Shown here: positions 37,309 to 47,067 of the stretch, in pieces
How the letters are laid out: each line of letters opens with the position of its first letter
Position numbering within the stretch: the stretch's first letter is position 1
NCBI GenBank assembly: GCA_964396685.1
Contig: CAYNFS010000004.1
Location: forward strand, 1 to 63,639
Direction: 5' to 3'
Source: an uncultured Candidatus Saccharibacteria bacterium
GTDB lineage: Bacteria; Patescibacteriota; Doudnabacteria; UBA920; 2-01-FULL-46-14
Length of the DNA stretch: 63,639 nucleotides
Notes under the pieces: generated by a model
What the model was told of the DNA's origin: nothing
Databases searched by the model: none
What the model saw: only the letters and a program-made list of their open reading frames with translations
Made by a program: the position numbers and the translations under genes

Positions 37309-37902
37309 TTAGGACGGCGGAGGAGAAAGTAAGATAGTGCGAATCAAATTGATTATAGTAAAAGCCAGAATTGTTACAATGAATCCGGCAATCGCCCATT
37401 TCAGCCCCTTTTTGGCGCTTTCCACCGCTTCTTCATTCCCGGCTGATGTAATGTACTTATAACCATAATATATTATCATCAAAATTGCGGCAAATCCCAA
37501 TATCCCCAGAAAATTCCGCATGACAAAATACATCACACTTACAAAACTGCCGGGTTCAGTCGGGCCGGTAATCGGATTTTGAATTTTATCAGCGCCCGGA
37601 GGGCTGGGGGTGAAGCCCAAAAACTTGGCTGTGGCCGCAATTAAAGTAAAAGACAAAAGCGAAACTATAAATCCGCCCACGGCCCAAGTCAGACTCTTCC
37701 TGGCGCTTTCTATGGCCTCTTCATTCGTGGCCAAAATCATTTTGACTCCCGAAAAAACCGTAAATGCAATGGCGATAGCCGCAATGATCGCCGCAAATCC
37801 CTGAAAAGCTCTGACCACGAGCTCCCCCGGCGTGCTCACCCCCAGCCAAGCTAAGGGATTAAATAATTCCACTGTTTGCGCTAAAAAAATAAATTTAATC
37901 AT
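37309..37902 (-). CDS. double-domain TrbC/VirB2-like pilin 2
   Basis: two motifs: ATNEEAIESARKSLTWAVGG and TSAGNEEAVESAKKGLKWAIAG. Confidence 0.85.
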   Translation of the reverse strand: MIKFIFLAQTVELFNPLAWLGVSTPGELVVRAFQGFAAIIAAIAIAFTVFSGVKMILATNEEAIESARKSLTWAVGGFIVSLLSFTLIAATAKFLGFTPSPPGADKIQNPITGPTEPGSFVSVMYFVMRNFLGILGFAAILMIIYYGYKYITSAGNEEAVESAKKGLKWAIAGFIVTILAFTIINLIRTILLSPPPS

Positions 37903-38351
37903 TGATTTATCGGATTTGAAGGATTAAAGGGGCAATCGGTTGCGCCCGGATTGTAAATGCATTGAATATCGTACCACTTACGTTCCATTTTCTCGCCTTT
38001 GCCAAAAATACCGTTGACCAGCAAATTTACGAAAACAAAAGCCAGAACGATTATGCCGAAGCCGACAATGGCGTTGGAGAGGCCCTTCCTGGCTTTTTCG
38101 ATTTTTTCGGCATTGCCGACTGAAGTAATCAGGTTAAAACCGGCCAGCAGAATGTAGTACATCGCCACAATCGCCGCGACCGTGATAAGATAATTGATGA
38201 CGCGGGTGATAAGAATAATCAAGTGCTTGAGTTGGCACGGTTCAGGGTATTCGGAAGAGCCGCACGGGACTAGGCTGAAAGCGTGGACTGAGAGAGGAGC
38301 AAATGTAACCGCCAAAGTTATGAGCGATAATATTATAATTTTTTTCTGCAC
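37899..38351 (-). CDS. TrbC/VirB2-like pilin 1
   Basis: LVPCG...PC...; AGFNLITSVGNAEKIEKARKGLSNAIVG. Confidence 0.85.
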   Translation of the reverse strand: MQKKIIILSLITLAVTFAPLSVHAFSLVPCGSSEYPEPCQLKHLIILITRVINYLITVAAIVAMYYILLAGFNLITSVGNAEKIEKARKGLSNAIVGFGIIVLAFVFVNLLVNGIFGKGEKMERKWYDIQCIYNPGATDCPFNPSNPINQ

Positions 38352-38460
38352 AACTTTTGAATTTCTAATTGCTCTAATTTCTAATTCCTAAACGATGTCT
38401 AATGACCAACTGGTCATTTGGAATTGGGACTTGATTAAGTTATTAGGTCAATTAGGTTAA

Positions 38461-39753
38461 TTAGAAATTTCTTAATAAGAGATTCATCTTCTGGCTCGCG
38501 GCGGAGACGGCTTCTTCGGGGGCAATGTTTCGCAGGATAACGTCGTCAATCATCTGCACAAAAATCGCGTCCACCGCGTTGCTGTCCGGCTTATAAACGC
38601 TTTTGGCCGAGAGCGCCGCTTCGGCAAACACGCCGATGTCGGGATCAGAAAGCTGTTGTTCTATGATGTCAATTCTCGGGGAAGCCTGCTTCTGCGTTTC
38701 GTAATACTTGGGAAGGGTTTCTTTGCTGCTGATGAATTTCAAAAACTGCCAGGCCGCCTCCTGATTTAAGCTTTGTTTGGAGACCCCCTCTGCCCAATAA
38801 TTGGCAAAATTAACCCGGTTGCCTAAAGGATCAATTTGCGGCGCCGGGGCAATCCCGTAATTTAAGAAAGGCGCTTTGTCGGCAAGGGTGGGGCGCAGAT
38901 AAGAATAGGAAAAAATCATGGCGACCTGGCCGGCGGTAAAGGCTTCTATGGAGTTGTTGGAACGGGCGTTCCAGGTGTAGGTGACCTTGGCGGGATTGGC
39001 GAATTGGGTATAAAACTCAAGAGCGGTGGAAGCGGGATTGAAAGGGACACCCTGCTCGTCCCGCAGGGTTTGGCCCAAAAGCGAGACTCGGGAGTCGGGA
39101 GAATAAAAAGTCGTCCCGTTCTGCAGCATCAAAAGTTCCAAAATATCCGGCGCGCGATTGACATTGTTAGAAGTGCCCATGGCCACGCTGCTTCTTTGGA
39201 AATTTCCAAGATTGTCTTGTCTGGTGATTTTGCGCGTTTGCGAGACCAGCTCCTCCCAAGCGGCGGGCGGGCGGGGGATGCCGCTTGAGGCCAAAATATC
39301 GCGATTGTAATAGAGGGCCAAAACGTCCACTGCCAAAGGCACGGCATAGACCAGCTCGTCCGCCACCAAATCAGAGCTTGCCACCTGTATAAAATTATCC
39401 TTGAATTCCCGCAAGCTCATAACATTGGCCGGGGCCGGAGCTAATTTGCTTTTGTGTTTGGGAAGCCAATCGTTGTGAATTGAGAAAATGTCAGGGCCGC
39501 TGCCAGAGGCCAAAGCGTCAAGAAGCTCATCCTCGTAAGTCTCGATATTTTTCTTGACGTAAGTGATGCGGATATTCGGAAACTTTTTTTGAAATTCCGC
39601 AATCAAAGGCTGGACAACTGCCAGCTCGTCAAACGGCTTCCACCATTTAAGCTCGATCTGGGGACCGCGCTGGCGCCCGCCGCCCAAGATATTGCAGGAC
39701 TGGGCCGTGAAGATTATCGCAAGGAGAAGAATTAGGAATCTTTTTTGTTTCAT
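38461..39753 (-). CDS. ABC transporter sugar-binding-like lipoprotein
   Basis: lipobox AQSC; GPDIFSIHNDW, VPLAVDVLALYYNRD, F..G.VAM. Confidence 0.85.
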   Translation of the reverse strand: MKQKRFLILLLAIIFTAQSCNILGGGRQRGPQIELKWWKPFDELAVVQPLIAEFQKKFPNIRITYVKKNIETYEDELLDALASGSGPDIFSIHNDWLPKHKSKLAPAPANVMSLREFKDNFIQVASSDLVADELVYAVPLAVDVLALYYNRDILASSGIPRPPAAWEELVSQTRKITRQDNLGNFQRSSVAMGTSNNVNRAPDILELLMLQNGTTFYSPDSRVSLLGQTLRDEQGVPFNPASTALEFYTQFANPAKVTYTWNARSNNSIEAFTAGQVAMIFSYSYLRPTLADKAPFLNYGIAPAPQIDPLGNRVNFANYWAEGVSKQSLNQEAAWQFLKFISSKETLPKYYETQKQASPRIDIIEQQLSDPDIGVFAEAALSAKSVYKPDSNAVDAIFVQMIDDVILRNIAPEEAVSAASQKMNLLLRNF

Positions 39754-39765
39754 TCTTGATACGTG

Positions 39766-40620
39766 CTAGGCAACGAAAATGTCTTTGACCTGATCTTTAT
39801 ATTCACTTCGGGAAAGAGCAAATGCCCGGACTGCCCGAAGATAAGAAACCGGGTCACCTGTAGTATACCATTCGCCTTCTTTTATTTTAACATAGAAGGC
39901 TCTTGAGCCCTTTTTGAGAAGATATTCAATCCCATCGGCAATCCAGAGCTCGCTACCCTTGCCGAGGGGAATATTTTCCAGGGCTTGAAAAATTTCCGAA
40001 GTCAAAATATAGCGCCCGAAAACCGCCAGCCTTGAAGGGGTGGATTCCGGATCAGGTTTCTCAATGATGGAGTGAATTTCATTGCTGTTTTTGTTTATCG
40101 TTTCCACAATGCCGTATTTGCTTACTTCAGCCTCGGCCACTTCTTTGACACCGACATACATCGCCGGCGCCTTTTCATATGCCTCAATCATCGTTTTGGC
40201 AAAAGGGGTTCTGGACAAAATCAGATCGTCGCTGAAGGCGTATATAAAAGGCTCGTCTCCAATCAAATGCCGGACATTGAGCACCGGCGTGCCGTTGCCG
40301 TAAGGCCCTTTTTGTCGAACATATATAAAATTGGCCAGCTCGGCAATTTTGCGAATCTGGGAAAGAGCCTGTTCTTTTTTGTTCTCTTTAAGCCAATCTT
40401 CAAGCTCGGGATGGTAATCAAAGTGGTCCTCCACTGCTCGCTTGTTTTGCCCGGTAACAAAAATAATGTCGGTGATGCCCGAAGCGACTAACTCTTCGAC
40501 CACATACTGCACCACGGGCTTGTCAACGATAGGCAGCATCTCTTTCGGCAAGGCTTTGGTCACAGGCAGAAACCTCGTGCCAAAACCCGCTACGGGAACA
40601 ACGGCCTTGGTTATTTTCAT
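39766..40620 (-). CDS. galU: UTP-glucose-1-phosphate uridylyltransferase
   Basis: KAVVPVAGFGTRFLPVTKALPKEMLPIVDKP. Confidence 0.93.
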   Translation of the reverse strand: MKITKAVVPVAGFGTRFLPVTKALPKEMLPIVDKPVVQYVVEELVASGITDIIFVTGQNKRAVEDHFDYHPELEDWLKENKKEQALSQIRKIAELANFIYVRQKGPYGNGTPVLNVRHLIGDEPFIYAFSDDLILSRTPFAKTMIEAYEKAPAMYVGVKEVAEAEVSKYGIVETINKNSNEIHSIIEKPDPESTPSRLAVFGRYILTSEIFQALENIPLGKGSELWIADGIEYLLKKGSRAFYVKIKEGEWYTTGDPVSYLRAVRAFALSRSEYKDQVKDIFVA

Positions 40621-40647
40621 AACAACTCAATTATACCACATTTGTCC

Positions 40648-42156
40648 CTAGAGCTCGGTTTTCGGCCGAAACATCAGCGCTTCGGCGATGTGATTCTGAC
40701 GAATCTGCTCGGAATCCGCCAAATCCGCGATGGTGCGGGCGAGCTTTAAGACCCTATGATATGCTCTGGCAGATAAATGCTGGGTGGCAACCGCGTTTCG
40801 CAAAAGGGTAAGCCCCGCTTCTTCGGGACGGCAATACTGCTTGATGTCGGCGATTCCCATTTCCGAATTGGTTAGGCCTGCGCGGGCGAGCTGCAGCTGG
40901 CGGGCTTTGGAAACTCTTGCTCTCACAGCCGCCGAATCTTCCTGCTCGCGAACTTCTTCAATTTTTTCAAATGACAGCCGGGGCACTTCCACATGCAAAT
41001 CAATCCTGTCCAAAAGGGGACCGGAAACTTTCTTTTGATAGCGCAAAAGCTGGGTCGGGGAGCAAACGCAAACTTTTTCAGGATCGGAAGCATAGCCGCA
41101 AGGACAGGGGTTTTGCGCCGCCACCAGCATAAACTTTGCAGGAAAAGCGACACTTCTGCTGGCTCGCGCGACATTAATAATCCCATCCTCCAGAGGCTGG
41201 CGCAGAGCCTCCAGGACATCCCGATGAAACTCCGGAAATTCGTCCAGAAACAAAACTCCGCGGTGCGCAAGCGTTATCTCGCCGGGCTTGGGATCAGAAC
41301 CCCCTCCCACGAGCGCGATGCTGGAAGCCGTATGGTGGGGAGAGCGAAACGGCCGTTCTTGGACAAGCCCGAGCTTGGAAGGAAGCAGGCCGGAAACACT
41401 GTAAATCTTTGTGGCCTCCAAGGACTCTTCGTAATTAAGTTCCGGCATAATTGTGGCAAGAGCGCGGGCCAGCAGAGTTTTACCCGAGCCGGGAGGCCCG
41501 CTCATCAGGATATTATGCCCTCCGCTTGCCGCAATTTCCAAAGCGCGCTTGGCCAGCTCCTGCCCGCGGATTAGCCTTAGGTCCCACGGCGAATCCGTAA
41601 GTTTGATTTGAGCGAATCCTTGCGGTCTTTCAAAATAAACGATCGGCGCAAACCCTGCCAGCATGCGCAAAAGCTGCTGCAAGTCACGAACCGCCACAAT
41701 TTTTACGCCTTCGATAAGAGACGCTTCCAGAGCATTTTCCTCGGGGACAAAAATGGTTTTGAAACCCCGATTTTTAGCCGCTTCCGCGATTACCAGAATC
41801 CCGGGTACCGGCCGCAAAGCTCCATCCAAGGCCAACTCCCCCACGAATAATTTCTGCTGCGGCTCAAAATCAAGCTGTTTGCTGTTGAGCAAAATGGAAA
41901 CGGCGATCGGTAAATCATAATGCGTCCCGATTTTTGGCAGGTCCGCGGGCGCTAAATTTACCGCCACCCGTGACTTGGGAAAAATGGTTCCGGCGTGTTT
42001 GACGGCAGATTTGACCCTCTCTCTTGACTCTCTGATGGCCGCGTCCGGAAGTCCCACAATAATAGTAGCCGGAAGACCGGAAGAAATATCGGTTTCTACC
42101 TCGACCAATTCGGCCTCAAGCCCGATCACTGCGGCAGAATAAATTTTTTGAAGCAT
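40648..42156 (-). CDS. comM: YifB/ComM Mg-chelatase-like AAA+ helicase
   Basis: VGLPDAAIRESRERV; GPPGSGKT; PGEITLAHRGVLFLDEF; SARAYHR. Confidence 0.95.
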   Translation of the reverse strand: MLQKIYSAAVIGLEAELVEVETDISSGLPATIIVGLPDAAIRESRERVKSAVKHAGTIFPKSRVAVNLAPADLPKIGTHYDLPIAVSILLNSKQLDFEPQQKLFVGELALDGALRPVPGILVIAEAAKNRGFKTIFVPEENALEASLIEGVKIVAVRDLQQLLRMLAGFAPIVYFERPQGFAQIKLTDSPWDLRLIRGQELAKRALEIAASGGHNILMSGPPGSGKTLLARALATIMPELNYEESLEATKIYSVSGLLPSKLGLVQERPFRSPHHTASSIALVGGGSDPKPGEITLAHRGVLFLDEFPEFHRDVLEALRQPLEDGIINVARASRSVAFPAKFMLVAAQNPCPCGYASDPEKVCVCSPTQLLRYQKKVSGPLLDRIDLHVEVPRLSFEKIEEVREQEDSAAVRARVSKARQLQLARAGLTNSEMGIADIKQYCRPEEAGLTLLRNAVATQHLSARAYHRVLKLARTIADLADSEQIRQNHIAEALMFRPKTEL

Positions 42157-42180
42157 ATTTTTACGAATTCCGAATTCCTA

Positions 42181-42225
42181 CCCCCTCTTCGTCTCCCCCT
42201 TAGCAAGGGGGAGAATAAGTGGGGG
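42181..42225. repeat. C/G-rich hairpin repeat, intergenic
   Basis: CCCCCTCTTCGTCTCCCCCTTAGCAAGGGGGAGAATAAGTGGGGG. Confidence 0.8.
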
Positions 42226-42639
42226 TTATTTTGCATTTTGATTTTTGAATTTTGCATTTAGCGCCAGCGCTGCTATTCCTGCCATTATCCCGATATCCGC
42301 CAAATTTACCGTGCTAATCCCGATATCAATGAAGTCTACCACCTTGCCGTCCCAAAGTCTATCAAAAATGTTTGCCGCAGCGCCCCCGATAATTAGGCCC
42401 AAAGCGGCTGGGGAATAATCCAGAGAAAAATACTTAAAATAAAAAAATAAAAACGCGACAGACAAAACTACTGCCACGGCCGAATTAAAAAATCCCGGCA
42501 GGTTGATTCCAAACGGGAGACCGGGATTTTGAACGATGGAATTTGTAAAAAAATCAATGCGGAGCGCCAGAAGCTTTGTCAGGAGGTCGGCTAAAAAAAT
42601 AAAAATTACTACCAGCCAAAACTTATTTACTTTCGTCAT
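42226..42639 (-). CDS. lspA: lipoprotein signal peptidase
   Basis: D..TK, N.G..FG, GGAAANIFDR...V.DF, N.AD. Confidence 0.88.
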   Translation of the reverse strand: MTKVNKFWLVVIFIFLADLLTKLLALRIDFFTNSIVQNPGLPFGINLPGFFNSAVAVVLSVAFLFFYFKYFSLDYSPAALGLIIGGAAANIFDRLWDGKVVDFIDIGISTVNLADIGIMAGIAALALNAKFKNQNAK

Positions 42640-42982
42640 GCTCTACGCAGTTTTCGGCTTCGGGGGCTACCTCCAAACGTTTAAGCGGCATTTCCTCGCC
42701 GCCTTTTGCGCAAATCCCGTAAGTTCCCTTTTCAATCCGTTTAAGCGCCTTTTCAACTTTTGTCAGTTTTTGTTCCAAATCCCATTCTTCGGCAAGGTTT
42801 GCTTCATACGCGGTAACCTCGGCCGCGTTCTCGTCTTCCTTGCTGCCAAATTCCGGATACTCCGCGCGAAAATCCCCCGCTACCTTGTCGCGTTTAGCGA
42901 TGCGCGAAAGCAAACCCAAGAGTCGGGCTTTTTCAGCAAGCAGACGCTTCTTATTTTTCTCAATCAGTTTCTGGTCTATCAT
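42623..42982 (-). CDS. TraR/DksA family protein
   Basis: coiled coil + 'AL.RIE.GTYGIC..GGE......RL...PEA..C..H'. Confidence 0.85.
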   Translation of the reverse strand: MIDQKLIEKNKKRLLAEKARLLGLLSRIAKRDKVAGDFRAEYPEFGSKEDENAAEVTAYEANLAEEWDLEQKLTKVEKALKRIEKGTYGICAKGGEEMPLKRLEVAPEAENCVEHDESK

Positions 42983-43050
42983 GCCATCATTGTACCAAAA
43001 AAATGAGCAAACTAAAAGGACCGCGTATGATAGCCTCTAAAAAATTATTG

Positions 43051-43465
43051 AGTAGGCCGAACGCGGCCCCTGCCCTTTGACAGGGTGCCTGGCCGTCCGT
43101 ATCTGAATCCTATAAACTAGGACCCAAATATGGACGGTCCGACACACTACGTCGTCAAAGAACGATTCTTGTATTATCCAACCAATTTACAAGGTACAAC
43201 TCCTGTACTGCCCTTACGGTCGGCTCTAAGGCTGACCTCAAACATTTTGGTTTATTTTGGTTTTTGTAGAAAAAAACCTAACTGCTTCCGGCTAATTTTG
43301 GCCGGAGGCGACTCATTTTTGTTTTTGTTTTTCGAAAAGGCGGGTTGGATCGCCTACGACGGACAGTAAGTCAGGAGGGAGGACCTCCTAAACCCGCTCC
43401 CCTGACTTATTTAAGGAGTCGCATGACGCAAATAAAAATCCGCTAATTTAAGCCGCGGATTATTT
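43051..43465 (+). ncRNA. candidate structured non-coding RNA of unknown class
   Basis: about ten hairpins, one long-range helix and a possible pseudoknot in an intergenic gap; G-U pairs favour the + strand. Confidence 0.4.
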
Positions 43466-43524
43466 GAAAAGAGCATACAATAAAAGTTCAACTAAAACCA
43501 ATATAGCAAAAAAAATAGAGGCTG

Positions 43525-45906
43525 TCAATCAAGCTCGCCTGTGGATAACACAAAATCAGGAACCTCTTGCAGGTATTTTATAAAAACTTGGTCATACTCG
43601 GTCAAGACGCGGGGATCCAAAATATAAATACTCTTGGACTCAACGCTTCCGGCTAAAAATCTGGCAAGCAAAGTATGGAAGATATGCACGGTACGGGGTA
43701 GGACGTAGTCAATAAATGAGGTCTTAACCCCCGGGGCCTCAAAAGGCAAACGCCAAATGACAAGGTTTCGGGCTTCAGGATAATGTTTGAAATGCCGCAA
43801 CGTCTCGTTTGTCGAAAGCAAAAGCGTGAAATCGCTGTCGACATTCTTTAACCTGCGGCTAGTGATAATTCTGTTGTTTGGCGAAGGATTCCTCCGCAAG
43901 ATGTCAGAAACCTCTGAAAGCTTTGCTTTCGATGGTAAAATCACGATTGTGCTGCCTGGCAGTGTAGACAAAAGCTTTTGAAATCCCTCTGTGGTAAAAT
44001 TTTTACTGAAAATTTTCACGGCAATTTTTTGGAACGGAACTCCAACGTTGACCTGCTCAAATCGAAAACTGGAAATTCCCAAAATCTTGTCAAAGTAACT
44101 TATTGAGGACTGAGGCAGTTGGGTATCAATGATTGTCGTGCTCGCAAATTTCTTTATAAACTCCTGCCAAACTTTTTCCAGCTTTTTTGGCATGGCGTTC
44201 AACGCCACAAACTTGGAACCAAACCGCAGCCAGTAATATTTATCGGGCTGGCCTTCCAAAAAAATCTCGTAAATTAAATTTTTGAGCGAAACAATCTTGT
44301 GGCGCAGGGCCCCTTCTTCCAGTGCTGACTCTGCGTTCAAAAAATCTTCCTGCCCTAGCAGATATTCCGCGAATGTCTCAAGCTTGCTTATTAATTTTTG
44401 CGCCGGATGAAATAATTTCTGGAAACGCTCCTGTTCTTTTTCTGTATCATCAACTACCAAACTTTCGGCAAATTCTCCTTGGCTTTTCAAATACACAAGA
44501 TGCAAAATTCCAAAAAACAAGTCAAGCTCATTGGCAACTCTTTCCGCTTCCTGCGGAAAACGCGCGTAAACGATTTCTATGGCGTTTCTGATTTTTCGCA
44601 AATCCCAACTTTCAGTCAAAGTCTCTGCCAGGCCGTCCTCAATTTTGGCGAGATCAAAAAGCAGTACCGGAAATTCAGAAAAACCAACTTGCCAATCGGA
44701 AACAAGCGTAAACAAAGATGACAATGTTAAAAAATAGGTCTGTTTTTTGTTAAATTCCAAAGACTGGAAATAAATGCAATGGTGACGGGAACAAATTTGA
44801 GGATCGACTCGTAGTAAATGCAAAAAAGCCCTTTCTTCATAAGCCCATTTGATTTGCGATAAATCCGTTGATCCTGGCTCAAATTCCCGAAGAATCGCCA
44901 GTTTTATAAGGATTTTCCAAATCTCATCCTGCTGTTTCTCTGCTCCTTTGATCCTCTCATAACGGACTGCGCAGAGGGCGTTCTTTGGATCAACAACTTG
45001 CTGATTTTGGGGAACAAGATCAAGGTCAGTCGGATGAGATACTCCCACAATTTTCGGACCGTTCTGCAAGGCCAAAAACGCCAGCAACTCCTGGTGTTTG
45101 CTGAAAGACAAAGGCAAGGTCATTATCGTTTTGTCCGGCCAAATGTTTGATAAAGAGTTGAACAACTCCTCCCCTCTTTCCGCCAGAGGCGGATCCGCCT
45201 TCGGCGGAAAGGTAAGAGAGGGTGGGGGTGAGTAATGAACATCCCCTCTCTTTCTCCCCCGGACTCCGGAGGAGATTGAAGCGGGGGCGGACAAATCCAA
45301 AATCAAATCCCTAAACTTCAAATTTGATTTCACAAGATACTCTCTAATCTCCTTCTGCAATTCTAAATCGAAACTCAAAAACTCATTTAGAATCCCGGCC
45401 AGCACTAAACCGGAATTTTTGGCATCAGTCAACGCGCGGTGCGATAGGCCTTCTTCTATCCCGAATTCTTCCGCCAAATACTCCAATGAATGAGCCGGCA
45501 GAAGAGGCAAAAAAGTCAGAGCCAGCTCCAGGGTGTCGACGTGTTGATTTTTTAAAACTAGCCCTTGATTTTTAAGATATTCGAGATCAAACAAAATATT
45601 TTGACCGAGTATGCTCTCGTTTCCGAAAAACTTCTGCAAATCTGTTTTGACATCTTTCCAAACAGGCGCAGTCTTTAATTCCTCCAGAGCAATCCCCGTC
45701 AGACTTAAAGCCGAAGCTGACGGCTCAATTTCGGGATTGACAAGCGAACTGAAAGACTTGCCAAAATGGACTTTGATCTTTTTTTCTTTCTGATCAAAAC
45801 TTAATTCAGCTTCAACTGCCCCCGCTTCCATAATCCGCCCCTCTTTCATATCAAGATGCGTGGTTTCAAGATCAAGGGCGATGAATTTTTTGGAATAACT
45901 CGACAT
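43525..45906 (-). CDS. DEDDh 3'-5' exonuclease fused to a degenerate DinG-like domain
   Basis: LDLETT, GQNILFDL, HRALTDA; C-terminal 'RLPF...LD.R'; no intact Walker A seen. Confidence 0.8.
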   Translation of the reverse strand: MSSYSKKFIALDLETTHLDMKEGRIMEAGAVEAELSFDQKEKKIKVHFGKSFSSLVNPEIEPSASALSLTGIALEELKTAPVWKDVKTDLQKFFGNESILGQNILFDLEYLKNQGLVLKNQHVDTLELALTFLPLLPAHSLEYLAEEFGIEEGLSHRALTDAKNSGLVLAGILNEFLSFDLELQKEIREYLVKSNLKFRDLILDLSAPASISSGVRGRKRGDVHYSPPPSLTFPPKADPPLAERGEELFNSLSNIWPDKTIMTLPLSFSKHQELLAFLALQNGPKIVGVSHPTDLDLVPQNQQVVDPKNALCAVRYERIKGAEKQQDEIWKILIKLAILREFEPGSTDLSQIKWAYEERAFLHLLRVDPQICSRHHCIYFQSLEFNKKQTYFLTLSSLFTLVSDWQVGFSEFPVLLFDLAKIEDGLAETLTESWDLRKIRNAIEIVYARFPQEAERVANELDLFFGILHLVYLKSQGEFAESLVVDDTEKEQERFQKLFHPAQKLISKLETFAEYLLGQEDFLNAESALEEGALRHKIVSLKNLIYEIFLEGQPDKYYWLRFGSKFVALNAMPKKLEKVWQEFIKKFASTTIIDTQLPQSSISYFDKILGISSFRFEQVNVGVPFQKIAVKIFSKNFTTEGFQKLLSTLPGSTIVILPSKAKLSEVSDILRRNPSPNNRIITSRRLKNVDSDFTLLLSTNETLRHFKHYPEARNLVIWRLPFEAPGVKTSFIDYVLPRTVHIFHTLLARFLAGSVESKSIYILDPRVLTEYDQVFIKYLQEVPDFVLSTGELD
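45165..45274. repeat. nested palindromic elements in frame in the exonuclease-DinG gene
   Basis: TCCGCCAGAGGCGGATCCGCCTTCGGCGGA (45179-45208) sits in the loop of a C/G-rich hairpin. Confidence 0.85.
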
Positions 45907-45976
45907 AATGCGTATAACGGAAGGCTCCGGCCTTCCGTTACATTCTAAAATCTGAAATCATCAATCTTAATTATAC

Positions 45977-47011
45977 TTACTCCGCCTTCTTCTCCTTCGC
46001 GGCCTTTCTTATCGCCGCGTCGATGTCTTTTGCTATTTTCGGATTTTCCCGCAAAAATTGTTTGGCGTTTTCCCGCCCCACCCCCAAACGCTCCCCGCCG
46101 AAAGTATAGCTGTTTCCGCTTTTCGCGATCACGGTATATTCCACTCCCGCGTCCAGCAGGTCCCCGGCGTAACTGATCCCTTCGTTCCACATAATGTCAA
46201 ATTCGGCGGTCCTAAAAGGCGGAGCGACTTTGTTTTTGACCACTTTGGCTTTGACCCGGTTTCCGACAATCTGCTCGCCCTGCTTGATTTGCGCGGATCT
46301 TCTGACCTCGATTCGCACGGAAGAATAAAATTTTAAAGCCTGCCCTCCGGTCGTGGTTTCGGGATTGCCAAACATTACCCCAATTTTCATCCGGATCTGA
46401 TTGATAAAAATCACGGTTGAGCGCGACTTGCTGATGATGCCGGTAAGCTTGCGCAAAGCCTGGCTCATGAGCCTCGCGTGCAGCCCCATGTGCGAATCGC
46501 CCATCTCGCCTTCTATCTCGGCTCTCGGGGTAAGCGCCGCCACCGAATCAACCACGATAATATCCACGGCATTGCTTCGCACCAAGGTTTCGACAATATC
46601 CAAGGCTTGCTCTCCGGTATCCGGCTGGGAAATCAAAACGTCATCAAGTTTTACCCCGATCTTTTCGGCATAGTCGGGATCCATGGCGTGTTCAGCGTCC
46701 ACGAACGCTGCTGTCCCGCCCCTCTTTTGCACTTCGGCGATCATATGCATCGCCAAAGTGGTTTTTCCGGAAGACTCGGGTCCAAAAATTTCTATAACCC
46801 TGCCTTTGGGGATTCCCCCAACGCCCAAGGCTAAATCCAGAGAAATTGAGCCAGTGGGCCAAGATTCGACATTAAGGGTTCGGGCATCCTTGAGCTTCAT
46901 AATGGAGCCTTCGCCGAATTTCTGACGAATCTGCTCCACCGCCCCCTCCAGAGCGTGTTTTTTATCGGAGGTTTCAGTCTTTGTTTCTTCGACTATGATA
47001 CTTTTAGGCAT
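45977..47011 (-). CDS. recA: recombinase A
   Basis: [30 protein letters not shown]. Confidence 0.98.
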   Translation of the reverse strand: MPKSIIVEETKTETSDKKHALEGAVEQIRQKFGEGSIMKLKDARTLNVESWPTGSISLDLALGVGGIPKGRVIEIFGPESSGKTTLAMHMIAEVQKRGGTAAFVDAEHAMDPDYAEKIGVKLDDVLISQPDTGEQALDIVETLVRSNAVDIIVVDSVAALTPRAEIEGEMGDSHMGLHARLMSQALRKLTGIISKSRSTVIFINQIRMKIGVMFGNPETTTGGQALKFYSSVRIEVRRSAQIKQGEQIVGNRVKAKVVKNKVAPPFRTAEFDIMWNEGISYAGDLLDAGVEYTVIAKSGNSYTFGGERLGVGRENAKQFLRENPKIAKDIDAAIRKAAKEKKAE

Positions 47012-47067
47012 AAATCAAGTATAACAATAGCTTAATACGGAGTAAACCCCCACACCAAAACCCTGGT

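Noticed and set aside
43051-43465. Assignment as tmRNA, RNase P RNA, T-box or c-di-AMP/c-di-GMP riboswitch; also the 79-aa ORF 43130-43369
   Set aside because: Diagnostic motifs (T-arm/CCA end, GAGGAAAGUCC, UGGNACC T-box bulge) were not found. The ORF has no recognisable features.
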